Position numbers and translations under genes: made by a program
Notes under the pieces: generated by a model
The model's database searches: none
The model's input: only the letters and a program-made list of their open reading frames with translations
What the model was told of the DNA's origin: nothing
Assembly: GCF_001194135.2 (NCBI RefSeq)
Contig: NC_068987.1
Coordinates: 72,478,176 to 72,542,175, forward strand
DNA length: 64,000 nucleotides
Origin: Octopus bimaculoides
Lineage: Eukaryota
Reading direction: 5' to 3'
In this document: in pieces, positions 25,201 through 37,239 of the stretch
Layout: the number at the start of each line of letters is the position of its first letter
Numbering within the stretch: position 1 is the stretch's first letter

Positions 25201-28200
25201 CTGGCCCTCGTGCCAGTGGCGCATAAAAGCACCCACTACACTCTCAGAGTGGTTGGCGTTAGGAAGGGCATCCAGCTGTAGAAACTTTGCCAGATCAGGT
25301 TGAGCCTGGTGCAGCCTCTGGCTTACCAGTCCTCAGTCAAACCGTCCAACCCATGCCAACATGGAAAGTGGACGTTAAATGACGATGATGATGATTTGTT
25401 GAGGTGGTGAGCTGGTAGAACTGTTAGCATGCTGGGAAAAATGTGTAGCTGCATTTCATCTGTTTTTATATTCTGAGTTCAAATTCCACCAAGGTCAACT
25501 TTGCCTTTCATCTTTTTATGGTTGGTTTAATAAATACCAGTCAAGTACTGGGTCAATGTAATTCAAAATTGTGGGCCTTGTGCCAAAATTTGAAACTATT
25601 ATCATTATTTGTTGTATTTCATCCTTTGATCTTAGCCAAGAAAAGAAATCATTATTATTATTATTAGATAATGCGAAGAGCGCGGTACGATTGCAATATT
25701 TTATTGGTTGAATGATACTTCGACAGCTAGCCTGTCTTTCTCGAGTTCAAAATGAAAAGTGATATTATTATTATTTTCTTTCTTCCCAGTTATCTTCTCA
25801 GATCTTCTACTTTACATCCCTGCTGTTTGTCTGTTTATGTACCACAGTTATAGAAAGGACAGCAAAAAATGTGTAAGTACTTGTGTTTTAGTATTTTAAA
25901 TTTTACCTTCTTCAACTTTTGTAAACATGACCTAAATCATCATTATTTTGTATCCACTTTTCTACACAAATATTAACGATGATAATAATAATGGTTACTA
26001 CTGTATAGTCTTTAAACTTTTATTCTTATTCTACCTTAACTTTTATTCTTATTCAGCTGTTTAAATAAATAGGAGTTAAAATATATTACCAAACAATTCT
26101 TCAGATATTTTATGCACCTGTTTGATCTTTCGTGGTTTTGCTTTTTTTAAAACTTTTCCCATGGCATTAGGAATTAAAATGATCAATGAGATAAGCCATT
26201 CAGATGTTGGCTCATAGGTCATTGGCAAGAAATATAAATCTCTTTGCCTTTGTCTGTGTGACTAACAGCAGATTTCACTCAAGTTAGTTACTTGAGGAGT
26301 TAATATTTATGCAATAACATCAACAATATAAAATTTGTATATAAATTTAGAAATCAATATAAAACAGTGTAAAAGGCTCAGTAGTTACTAGAACACCATT
26401 TGTCTATTTTTGGTTATCCCAGGTCTACCTTGATGAAGCAGGACTTCAATTAAGACATTCTTCATATGTGTATCCTAGTCCCATCTTTTATCTATAGTGT
26501 ATGAAATTTTAATTCAAGTTCCATAGTTAATTTCTTTAAAATTGGATCTACTTCAACTCCACTATCTTTTCATGTATAAAAATAATAGTTATATCAGGTG
26601 AAATTTTCATCCATCATCTCTGTCTACTATTCATTAGAGAGTTGAGGTGGTAGCATCCTCAAGCACCTCCTCCAAAAGGTCCTATCAGAAGCAATCATCA
26701 TTACACTTTCTGGTTGGATTCACAAGTATGACCAACTGAGACTGGATATTATCCAAACATCTCATTCCTGGTCTACTTCTAGGTTGTCTCAGCTTGAAGA
26801 ATTCATCTTGTGATTCTTTCCTGCAACATTCTAATCATATATCCATAGTACTAGAACTGTGACCTCTCAATGCAGAGGAATAGTGGCTTGACCTGGAGAA
26901 ACTCACTGATCTCCAAGCTATGCACTCTGTTAAGTAACGTCACTCTAGAGAGCCTTCAGAGGAGTTCCATTTTGATTGCTAGTATTCACAATCATTCTTT
27001 TCTGTCATTACCCAATATTTATCACCATCAGTGAAGATAGGCACAGAAACTGAACTAAGGATAACAAAGTTTGAATAAAAATGATTGCTTTCAGCTTAGA
27101 TTGATATATGTTTTTCAAATATTTTTCTCTCAGAATAAACATTTTTCTTTCTTATTTTGATTTAAAGCTACTGTCTACAGCCTGTGCCTTGATTTACCCT
27201 GGACTAATTCTGATTGACCATGGACATTTCCAGTATCCTTTTGATGTTTAGCACATAACAGTACTGTTTTTACTATAATTACACTGGAAGATTTAACCAA
27301 GAGTGCCTTCTGCATAAAGAACATATAGTTATATACAGGCTAACTTACTGAATGTAGTGAGGTGAAAATAATTTCTAGCTGAAATTATTCCCATAATTCA
27401 TAATTAATAATGACACCCCAAGTATCTCTGTCAAACCCATGCTGACATGGAAAATGGATGTTAGTGATGATGAGTGAAAATTCATCTCAAAAGGATAGGG
27501 GAGGGAACTTTGAAATTTTAATTGCCCAAAAGTTAAATGGAGAAAGAAGTTAATCTGATCTTTTGGTAGCTATGGTGACAACTCTGGACAGGTTTCAGTA
27601 TCATCAGATCTCCTCAGCAGAACATAAGACAGATTCTTCCACCTCAGCTGCATATTCTCATTTAATTTTAATCATTTTACAATAGGTTACATTAGGAATC
27701 AATGATTTATTTTTGTTATGATCCACTTTTGATTACATGTGCCCAGGGTTCACATATATATCATATCACATTGATTCATTTATTTAATGTTCATTTTTCT
27801 TTGCTAGCATAGGTTGGAAGAGATTTGTTAATGGCGTATTATTTTTACAGCTGGATACTCTTCTTTCACTATCCTTTGTTCTTTTAGTAAGGAATTTTTG
27901 TACCATTTGTCTTTCCCAGATGACAAGACTCATCATTAATCTCTGTATAAATCCTAAAGTGTTTCATAATATAGTTATAACAGATTTTCTGGAAGTATTC
28001 ATTCTAAAGTCTTTGCAGATTACTGATTTTTCTGAACTAGGCATGGTTACACTTTAAATTAAACAAATATTAAATTTACTTAAATAATTAGATGAAATTC
28101 AAGTACTTGTGCATTATTATAAATGATACAAGAACAATATACACTCAGGGCACACAGGAATTAGACTTTCTCAAATGGTCAGGAGGCTTGCTTGAGGTTG

Positions 28201-31200
28201 TCAAGTTTCTGCTACCTAGATGACCAAATTAGCAATGGTGGAGGATGTTCTAAAAGCATTGTTGCTAGAATAAGAATAGTTCAACGACTTATTAACCTCT
28301 GTTGGCAATAAAAGGACTTTCTCTGAGTGAAAGACAGATTGTATGATGCTTGTGTACGAATGGCTATACTCCATGGTAGTGAGGCATGGGTTCTGAATGC
28401 AGAAGACATGCATAGACTTGAGAGGAATGAAGCTAGTATGCTCTGCTGGATGTGCAACATCACTGTGCATGTACGACAAAGTGCAAATGTACTGAGAGAA
28501 AAGTTAGGCATAAGAGGAATCAGATGCAGCATGCAAGATAGAAAACTACGTTGGTTTGGACAGGTGATGCATATGAATGTAGACAGCTGTATAAAAAAGT
28601 GCCAATCACTGAAAGTGGATGCTACCTGTGGAAGTGGGTGACTCAGGAAGACATTGGATGAAGTAGTGAGGACTGATCTCCGGATGTTGGGCCTCATGGA
28701 GGAAATGGCAATGAACTGAGATGTCTGGTGATATGTGGTTCTTGAGAAGACCCACCCACCTCAGTGAAACAGTTCTGGGAGTGTTGTGTGTTCCACCTAT
28801 ATGTAACATCATCATCATCATCATCGTTTAACGTCCGCTTTCCATGCTAGCATGGGTTGGACGATTTGACTGAGGACTGGTGAAACCGGATGGCAACAGC
28901 AGGCTCCAGTCTAATTTGGCAGAGTTTCTACAGCTGGATGCCCTTCCTAACACCAACCACTCAGAGAGTGTAGTGGGTGCTTTTACGTGTCACCCGCACG
29001 AAAACGGCCACNNNNNNNNNNNNNNNNNNNNNNNNNNNNNNNNNNNNNNNNNNNNNNNNNNNNNNNNNNNNNNNNNNNNNNNNNNNNNNNNNNNNNNNNN
29101 NNNNNNNNNNNNNNNNNNNNNNNNNNNNNNNNNNNNNNNNNNNNNNNNNNNNNNNNNNNNNNNNNNNNNNNNNNNNNNNNNNNNNNNNNNNNNNNNNNNN
29201 NNNNNNNNNNNNNNNNNNNNNNNNNNNNNNNNNNNNNNNNNNNNNNNNNNNNNNNNNNNNNNNNNNNNNNNNNNNNNNNNNNNNNNNNNNNNNNNNNNNN
29301 NNNNNNNNNNNNNNNNNNNNNNNNNNNNNNNNNNNNNNNNNNNNNNNNNNNNNNNNNNNNNNNNNNNNNNNNNNNNNNNNNNNNNNNNNNNNNNNNNNNN
29401 NNNNNNNNNNNNNNNNNNNNNNNNNNNNNNNNNNNNNNNNNNNNNNNNNNNNNNNNNNNNNNNNNNNNNNNNNNNNNNNNNNNNNNNNNNNNNNNNNNNN
29501 NNNNNNNNNNNNNNNNNNNNNNNNNNNNNNNNNNNNNNNNNNNNNNNNNNNNNNNNNNNNNNNNNNNNNNNNNNNNNNNNNNNNNNNNNNNNNNNNNNNN
29601 NNNNNNNNNNNNNNNNNNNNNNNNNNNNNNNNNNNNNNNNNNNNNNNNNNNNNNNNNNNNNNNNNNNNNNNNNNNNNNNNNNNNNNNNNNNNNNNNNNNN
29701 NNNNNNNNNNNNNNNNNNNNNNNNNNNNNNNNNNNNNNNNNNNNNNNNNNNNNNNNNNNNNNNNNNNNNNNNNNNNNNNNNNNNNNNNNNNNNNNNNNNN
29801 NNNNNNNNNNNNNNNNNNNNNNNNNNNNNNNNNNNNNNNNNNNNNNNNNNNNNNNNNNNNNNNNNNNNNNNNNNNNNNNNNNNNNNNNNNNNNNNNNNNN
29901 NNNNNNNNNNNNNNNNNNNNNNNNNNNNNNNNNNNNNNNNNNNNNNNNNNNNNNNNNNNNNNNNNNNNNNNNNNNNNNNNNNNNNNCTTGCACCGGGTAC
30001 ATCTTATAGAGTTACTACCTACTCCTTTTCTACATACTGAGCAGGGCCATCTACCTGAAGGGGTTTGTGTTTTATCTACCTTCCTACTTATTAGGATTTT
30101 GGCTAGGTTGACTCTAAGGCCCTTCAATTCTAGACCTTGCTTCCACACCTGAAACTTCTCCTCTAGTTCTGATAGTGACTCCGCAATTAGGGCAAGGTCA
30201 TCAGCACAGAGGAGCTCCCAGGGGCAACCTGTCTTGAACTCCTCTGTGATTGCCTGGAGGACTATGATAAATAAGAGGGGGCTGAGAACGGAACCTTGGT
30301 GGACCCCTACCTCTACCCGGAATTCAAACAATATAAAATTTCACACACCCTATCTCTACAAACCAAACTACATCTCTTCCTCACATTTCTTCTTTTTCAT
30401 GCACTACACTCATGCTTATCTGTGCTTCCCAATCCTGACTTCACTGCCCTGCTCACTGTATCATTGTTATCCTGTTGTCCTCCACCTCCTTTATATACTC
30501 ACTACATTCTCCACCTCCAACACTCCTTGCATTCATGTGAAGTCCCTACTCCCTACTCATGCACCCTTGGCAATACTCTATTATCCCATTCATATTCTGA
30601 TTCCCATACCTTGAGAGTATGCCCTGACACTTCACCATCTCTCTCCTGCTCTCTCTCTTGCACTCTCACCTTCTCACTCTCTTCTACTCTCTCTCATTCT
30701 TGATCACTCTCTCTCTCTCTCTCTCGCTTTCTTCTTCTGACTGGGTACCCATGTATCTCCCCTACAGCAACACACTGTTTCTGTTCTCATTCTTGATCTC
30801 TCTCTCTCTCTCTCTCTCTCCCACTCTCTCTTTGCCTTTCTCTGACTAGGTAACTATGTATCTCCTCTACAGCAAGGCACCTGTTTCTGTCCCTCTGTCA
30901 CACTCTAACCTCTCATCACCTGGCATAAAACCACCTCTTCCAATGCCCCGCCTCTCAAAGAATCTTTGTCTTGCAAGTTGCTTGGTGATCCCAGCAGTCC
31001 ACACTGTAAGGTGGTTGGTTTTAGGAATGGCATCCACCTGTAAAAACCATGCCAAGACAGACAGTGAAACTTGGTGCAGTCTTCTATCAAGCCATCCAAC
31101 TGATGCCAACATGGAAAATGGACATTAAATGATGATGACTATGATAATACAGGTTTATCAATACTGTACTATTAAATTGGGAGGTCCAACAAACTAGTCT

Positions 31201-31345
31201 GGCTGCAGTAGGAATTTAAAATTCCTGTTCATAAATTAGTGCAGATTATAAAAGGTTTTGGACCATCAGTATCCAAACAGTGACTGTTCTACCTGTATAT
31301 GTTTATGGATCATCTCCTAAGTATAAAGATCACAATTTTCATGTA

Positions 31346-31403
<58 letters not shown>

Positions 31404-34400
31404 AGTAATTTAAGTCAAAGTTCTCACTCAATAAGTCTTAGGTTCACCTCACCACAAACAATTAGGTATTATTGAAATCCAGAAAATATATTGTCACCAA
31501 CGTATTGCATTTTCTTCTTCCTTCCATCCTTTCTATCCATCTCTTTCATTTTATCTTTCTATCACTGAAATAGAGAAATATCCCTTAGTCTTGGTGTTCT
31601 CTTTTTATCTCTTTGAATTTCAATACATGAAAATTCTTTAAGAGAAGATATTTTTGAAATTGCCCATCTCACTGTATGCCACCACCACCATCACCACCAC
31701 ACTACCATCACCATCATCATGATATTAATTTATGTTGTTTTATTTCTTTATTTATAACTGCCTTAACATTATCCATGTACAACTGTGTCAGTCTTGGACT
31801 GGCCCTGTGGGGTATTTTGGCATTGGCACAAGATAAGGACGTTCTCGGCGCTGTTGCATTTATATTGGCTCTTTGCTATAAACAAATGGAACTTTACCAT
31901 TCCTGGCCGTTCTTCTGCTACTTACTTGGCAAATGCATTTTCAACAAAAAAGAAAACAGGTAAAATTGTATTTCATATTTGATATATTTTGTTTGATAAG
32001 GGGAAATAATGCTGAGCTTCATTATATTTATAGTTATTGGCAAAGTGACAAGCTTGCAGGATTGTTAGCAGATCAAGAAAATGTTTAGCGACAGTTCTTC
32101 CATTTTGTTACATACTGTGTTCAAATCCTATCAATGTCAACTTTATTTTATCAACCCTGAAAGGATGAAAGGCAAAGTTAAATACTGGGGTTGATCTAAT
32201 CAACTTCCAGTCCTTAAAAATTGCTGGCCTTGTGCCAAAATTAGAGGGAATTGTGATACCTCATTTTTAAAATTTTTTATTATTCTGAATTCCTTTCCTA
32301 TTAATTTCAACATCCTGTTAACTATTTGCTTCCCAAAGTTTGTGGTTCCATCCAAAGCTAGAAATTATTATTATTATTAAGGGGTGAGCTGGCAGAATCA
32401 TTAGCATGCCAGATGAAATACTTAGCGGCATTTTGTCTGTCTTTATGTTCTGAGTTCAAATTCTGCCCAGCTTGACTTTGCTTTTCATCCTTTTGGGGTC
32501 GATAAATTAAGTACCAGTGAAACACTGGAGTTGATGCAATCGACTGGTCCCCTCTCCCAAAACTTCAGGCCTTGTGCCTATGGTAGAAAGGATTATTATT
32601 ATTAATATTAGGGTGATGGATTGACATGGTCGTTTGAACAAGTCTTGTATTTGTTCTGGCTTTTTGTATTCTGAGCTCAAATCCTGTTGAGATCAACTTT
32701 GCCTTTCATCCATCTGGGGGTGGGTGGGGGTCAATAAAATAAAGTGGCAGTCATATACTGGGGCTGATTTAATCCTCGTATAATAAGTAGTCGTAAGTGA
32801 AGAAGGAGATAAGAGAGACAAAAAAAAAAAATGAAAGAAGCAAGAACAAAGGAAACGTGAAGGAGGAAGAGAAAGAAGGAAATAAAATGAGGAATAAGAG
32901 ATTAACTGTAATGTACTTGAGTGTATGTGTGTGTGTGTATTTTATATTGGTACAAAATAAAATTCAGAACTTATGTCATCAATATTGTATCATTAATGAA
33001 TGATAAGGTCTATTTATGTTTTTCAATTCTCTTCCCAGGTTTCTAAAGTTGGTCCGGTTATCTGTAGCAGTACTCGGAACTTTTAGTCTCTGCTTCTTGC
33101 CGTTTTTCAAACAGAAAGGTAGCATCTTTCAAGTCTTGCACAGATTATTTCCTTTTGAAAGAGGTCTGTACGAGGTAAGAATCAGTTTGATTGAAATTTT
33201 ATTTTTTAATTCTTCAGTTTGATTGATTTATAGTTCAATTTGTCCATTGAATTTAATTGTAGTAAAGGTAGAGAATCTAATTAATTTCTCATCTTCATTG
33301 ATTTTGCATCCATTTTTTCCATGCTAGTATAGGTTAGACAAGACTTCAGGACATGTTATCTTAAAGGAGATGTCCTTGTCATTGACTCAAACCTGTTTCC
33401 AAGTAATGTGTGTATTTCCTTAGTTGTTTGCACAATGAACAGCTGAATGTCCAAACATGTTTTGATCGCAGACACAAAAATAGACATTGTGTGCACACAC
33501 CATCACATTTGTGTGTATACATTCATAAATGGTCGGTGGAAAAAAAAGGAAGTTCTCCTCAGACCAGGGATCTGTGTTGATAGCTTGCAACATTGTAGAT
33601 TCTGCTAAAGGCAGCAAGAGCCAGTTGTTGGTTTTAAATTGCATGAAAGATTAAGTCTGCCACCCAAAACAGGAACAAGTCCTCTGACAGTTTCTGTTCA
33701 CTAAATTATACTGACATAGTTTTTGTCTACTTGTGGCTTTCATAGAAAATACTTGTCCAAGATGTTGCTTAGTGGTATTGAACTTTGAACCCTGTTGTTA
33801 CAAAGAGAACTTCTTAACCTCACAGCCATGTTTGTGTCCTACACAGCATCATCATCAAGTTCCCTTAAATGATGCAGTGGGGTGCCACTGTAGATGCTTT
33901 TGCATTTGGCTGTCACTATTGGTCTCTGTTCTCTGTCATGCACAGCAGGGTCACAGTGTTGTGAACCATCCAGTTGTTGATGTTGTCAGACCGAGATTTT
34001 CTCTTTCTCTTTCCTCTTCCAACTGTGTGCTGCAGGATGGTTTTGGACAGGGAGTTGTGGTGACTATACCAAGCAAGCTTTCATCTTTTTACCTGCACAA
34101 GGAGCGATTCCTGTCTGCCAGCATGTTTGCTGATAAAGCTGTTTGTTTTGTGCTCTGCAATTCATATTAAAGACAAATTAATTGTATTTTTTATGTGTTA
34201 TAAACCTTCTGTTTATCTTTTACAGGATAAAGTTGCTAATTTCTGGTGTTCAATCAGCATTTTTGTGAAGTTAAAAGATATGTTTCCTCAGAAATCTTTG
34301 ATTTATCTATGGTAAGATGTTGTTTACTAATTTAATAGATTTTTTTCTCCTTATGAACATCATGAGCCTCACCATCAGGGTCCTTTCTGTATCACACACT

Positions 34401-34945
34401 ATAGTCTTGTGCTGCAACTGCACTCTCTGCCAGACTATTTCCTGTCCTTGGCTAGTTGTTTGTTTCGAAAAGAACTTTCTGGAAATGTTCTGGCCATGTT
34501 CCAAAATTTGAAATTATTATTATTATCATTTTAAGGTGGCGAACTGACAGACCTATTAGCACACTGGGGAAAATGCTTAATGACATTTCATTCATCTTTA
34601 GTTCAAATTCTGTCATTCATCCTTTCAGGGTTGATAAATTAAGTACCAGTTGAGTATTGGGGTCAATGTAATTGACATCATCCTCCCCACAAATTTCAGG
34701 CTTTGTGCTTATAGTAGACAGGATTGTCATTATTAAGGCAGCACTCTGGCAGAATCATTAGCTCACTGGGCAAAATGCTTAGCAGTGTTTCATCTGTCTT
34801 TATGCTCTGAGTTCAAATTCTGCTGAGGTCAACTTTGTTTTCATCCTTTTGGGGTTGATAAAATAATTACCAGCTGAATACTGGAACTGATATAAGTGAC
34901 TTACCCCTCCCTCAAATTCATTGACCTTGTGCCAAAATTTGAAAC

Positions 34946-34976
<31 letters not shown>

Positions 34977-35970
34977 TTAATTTTTATTATTATTATTATT
35001 ATTATATTTTCAGCTTGTCAGTCACAGCAGTGTGTCTGTTACCAAGTGGGTTAAATCTGCTCAGCCGACCAGCCTTGTCCAGATTCAAACTGACACTGGT
35101 AAGTTTCATGTAAATTGTCCCCCAATTTGCTTTCTTGTTTTTCTTTTTTAGAAAAGTTTTTGCAACTTTGTACATTTGCATATCTTGGGTAGGTTTGATG
35201 CCTTGCATGACTCTTCGAGTAAGGGTCTTCAATTGTAGCCTTGAGTTGACCAATTTGGTAGACAGACACTGTTTGAATGCTGAAGCTTTTTTCTTTTTTC
35301 ACAGGCTAGTTCTTCATTGATATTTTTCCTGTTTTCATATCAAGTTCATGAAAAATCTATCCTCTTAGTTGCTCTGTAAGTATTTGTCACTATATAATTT
35401 TCTAATGTATGTGTGTGTTGTGTTGTTTGATTGATTTTGACATGGCCAATATTGAACAAGAGTGACATAACCAGTTCAATCAATTCCATCATCATTAATA
35501 TTTAACGCCTGTTTTCTATGCTGGCATGGGTTGGATGGCTTGACAGTAACTGGCAAGGCCAGGGGCTACACCAGTTTCCTTAGTCTGTTATGTTAAGGTT
35601 TCTACAGCTGGATGCCCTTCCTAAGGCCAACCATTCAACAGAATGTAATAGATGCTTTAACATGACACCAGCACTAGTGCCATGTAAAAAGCATATACAT
35701 TCACCCAGAGTATATAATGGAGTCAAGTCAGAAAGATGAAAGTAAATTTTAGTTTTGTCTTTTTTTTTTTCTTTTTACTCATCTTTGGCAACTGAGTGGA
35801 CTGGAAGAATGTGAAATGAAGTGGTTTGCTCTAGAACATAATGCAACACTCTAACCACTAAGCCATGCTCCTCCACTTTCATCTTCAATAAGTCAACCAT
35901 ACTTGTGTCACTAATAATGTTCTGTTTCATATCTCCTGATCTTGACAATAGTCATCCATCCATCCATCCA

Positions 35971-36019
<49 letters not shown>

Positions 36020-36162
36020 NNNNNNNNNNNNNNNNNNNNNNNNNNNNNNNNNNNNNNNNNNNNNNNNNNNNNNNNNNNNNNNNNNNNNNNNNNNNNNNNN
36101 NNNNNNNNNNNNNNNNNNNNNNNNNNNNNNNNNNNNNNNNNNNNNNNNNNNNNNNNNNNNNN

Positions 36163-36199
<37 letters not shown>

Positions 36200-36889
36200 T
36201 TGTCCTACCACCATCACTTGACAACTGATGTTGGTGTGTTTATGTCCCTGTAACTTAGTGGTTTGACAAAAGAGACCAATCAAATAAGTACTAGGCTTAA
36301 AAAGTGTAAGTACTGGAATTGATTTGTTCGACTAAAGGCAGTGCTCCAGCATGACTGCAGTCAAATGACTGAAACAAGTAAAAAAAATAAAAGAATATAT
36401 TTATTGTAAAATTTTATTTTTCCCTCTCCATTTTTTTCAGCCCTTTCTGCCTGCTTCTACCAAATTATCCATTCCTTTCTTTCTGGTTTCTGCACATATC
36501 AACATTGAGGTAAGTAATATAAAAAATACAATGTTTTATACTGCTATCAGTTAATTATTTAAAGAACAGACTACTATATTCAGTCCCAGCTTGCAGTTTG
36601 GGATTGGCTTGGTAAGATGAAATGGAATATGTTACCGGAGTATCAGTATGGTATCTCAATAATATAATGTTCGAACACATTTGAGATAGTTACAAGAAGT
36701 AAAAAAGCTGTTACAAAAAAAAGAAAATAAATAAATAAATAAAGGCACAAGTGTGGCTGTGTGGGAAGATACTTCCCAACCACATAGTTCCGGGTTCATT
36801 CCCACTTGGGTAAATGTCTTGTACTACAGCCTCAGGCCAATCAAAGCCTTGTGAGTGGATTTGACAAATGGAAACTGAAAGCCTGTTGC

Positions 36890-36923
<34 letters not shown>

Positions 36924-36945
36924 TTCTTCATTACCAACTTTCTCA

Positions 36946-37010
<65 letters not shown>

Positions 37011-37202
37011 CCATGATAGATCGCTGACCACTACATTTATATTTTTTTTCTCCTTGTTTCCTTATTTCTTTCTGTGTTCCTTTCAGTTGAAGAGCGTAGC
37101 TCGAAATGTTAAAGACTTTTTCTATTCCCAAGCGTTAAACTAATACATCCATTTGTTGTTTACACAACCTGTCCTCGTCTGTTGTTTTTTTCGTAAATTC
37201 TC

Positions 37203-37239
<37 letters not shown>

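Larger units (their letters stand above)
27233..31776 (+). other. ALG6: U12-type (minor spliceosome) intron 6 of ALG6 with predicted GT...AT termini
   Basis: 5' site GTATCCTTT and branch site CCTTAAC at 31761-31767. Only the ...ATCCAT|GTACAAC junction restores Q-Y-N-C-V-S-L-G. Confidence 0.85.

Noticed and set aside
31790-31791. Canonical AG as the main acceptor of ALG6 exon 7
   Set aside because: It deletes the conserved QYN motif and lies farther from the U12 branch site. Kept only as a possible minor isoform.
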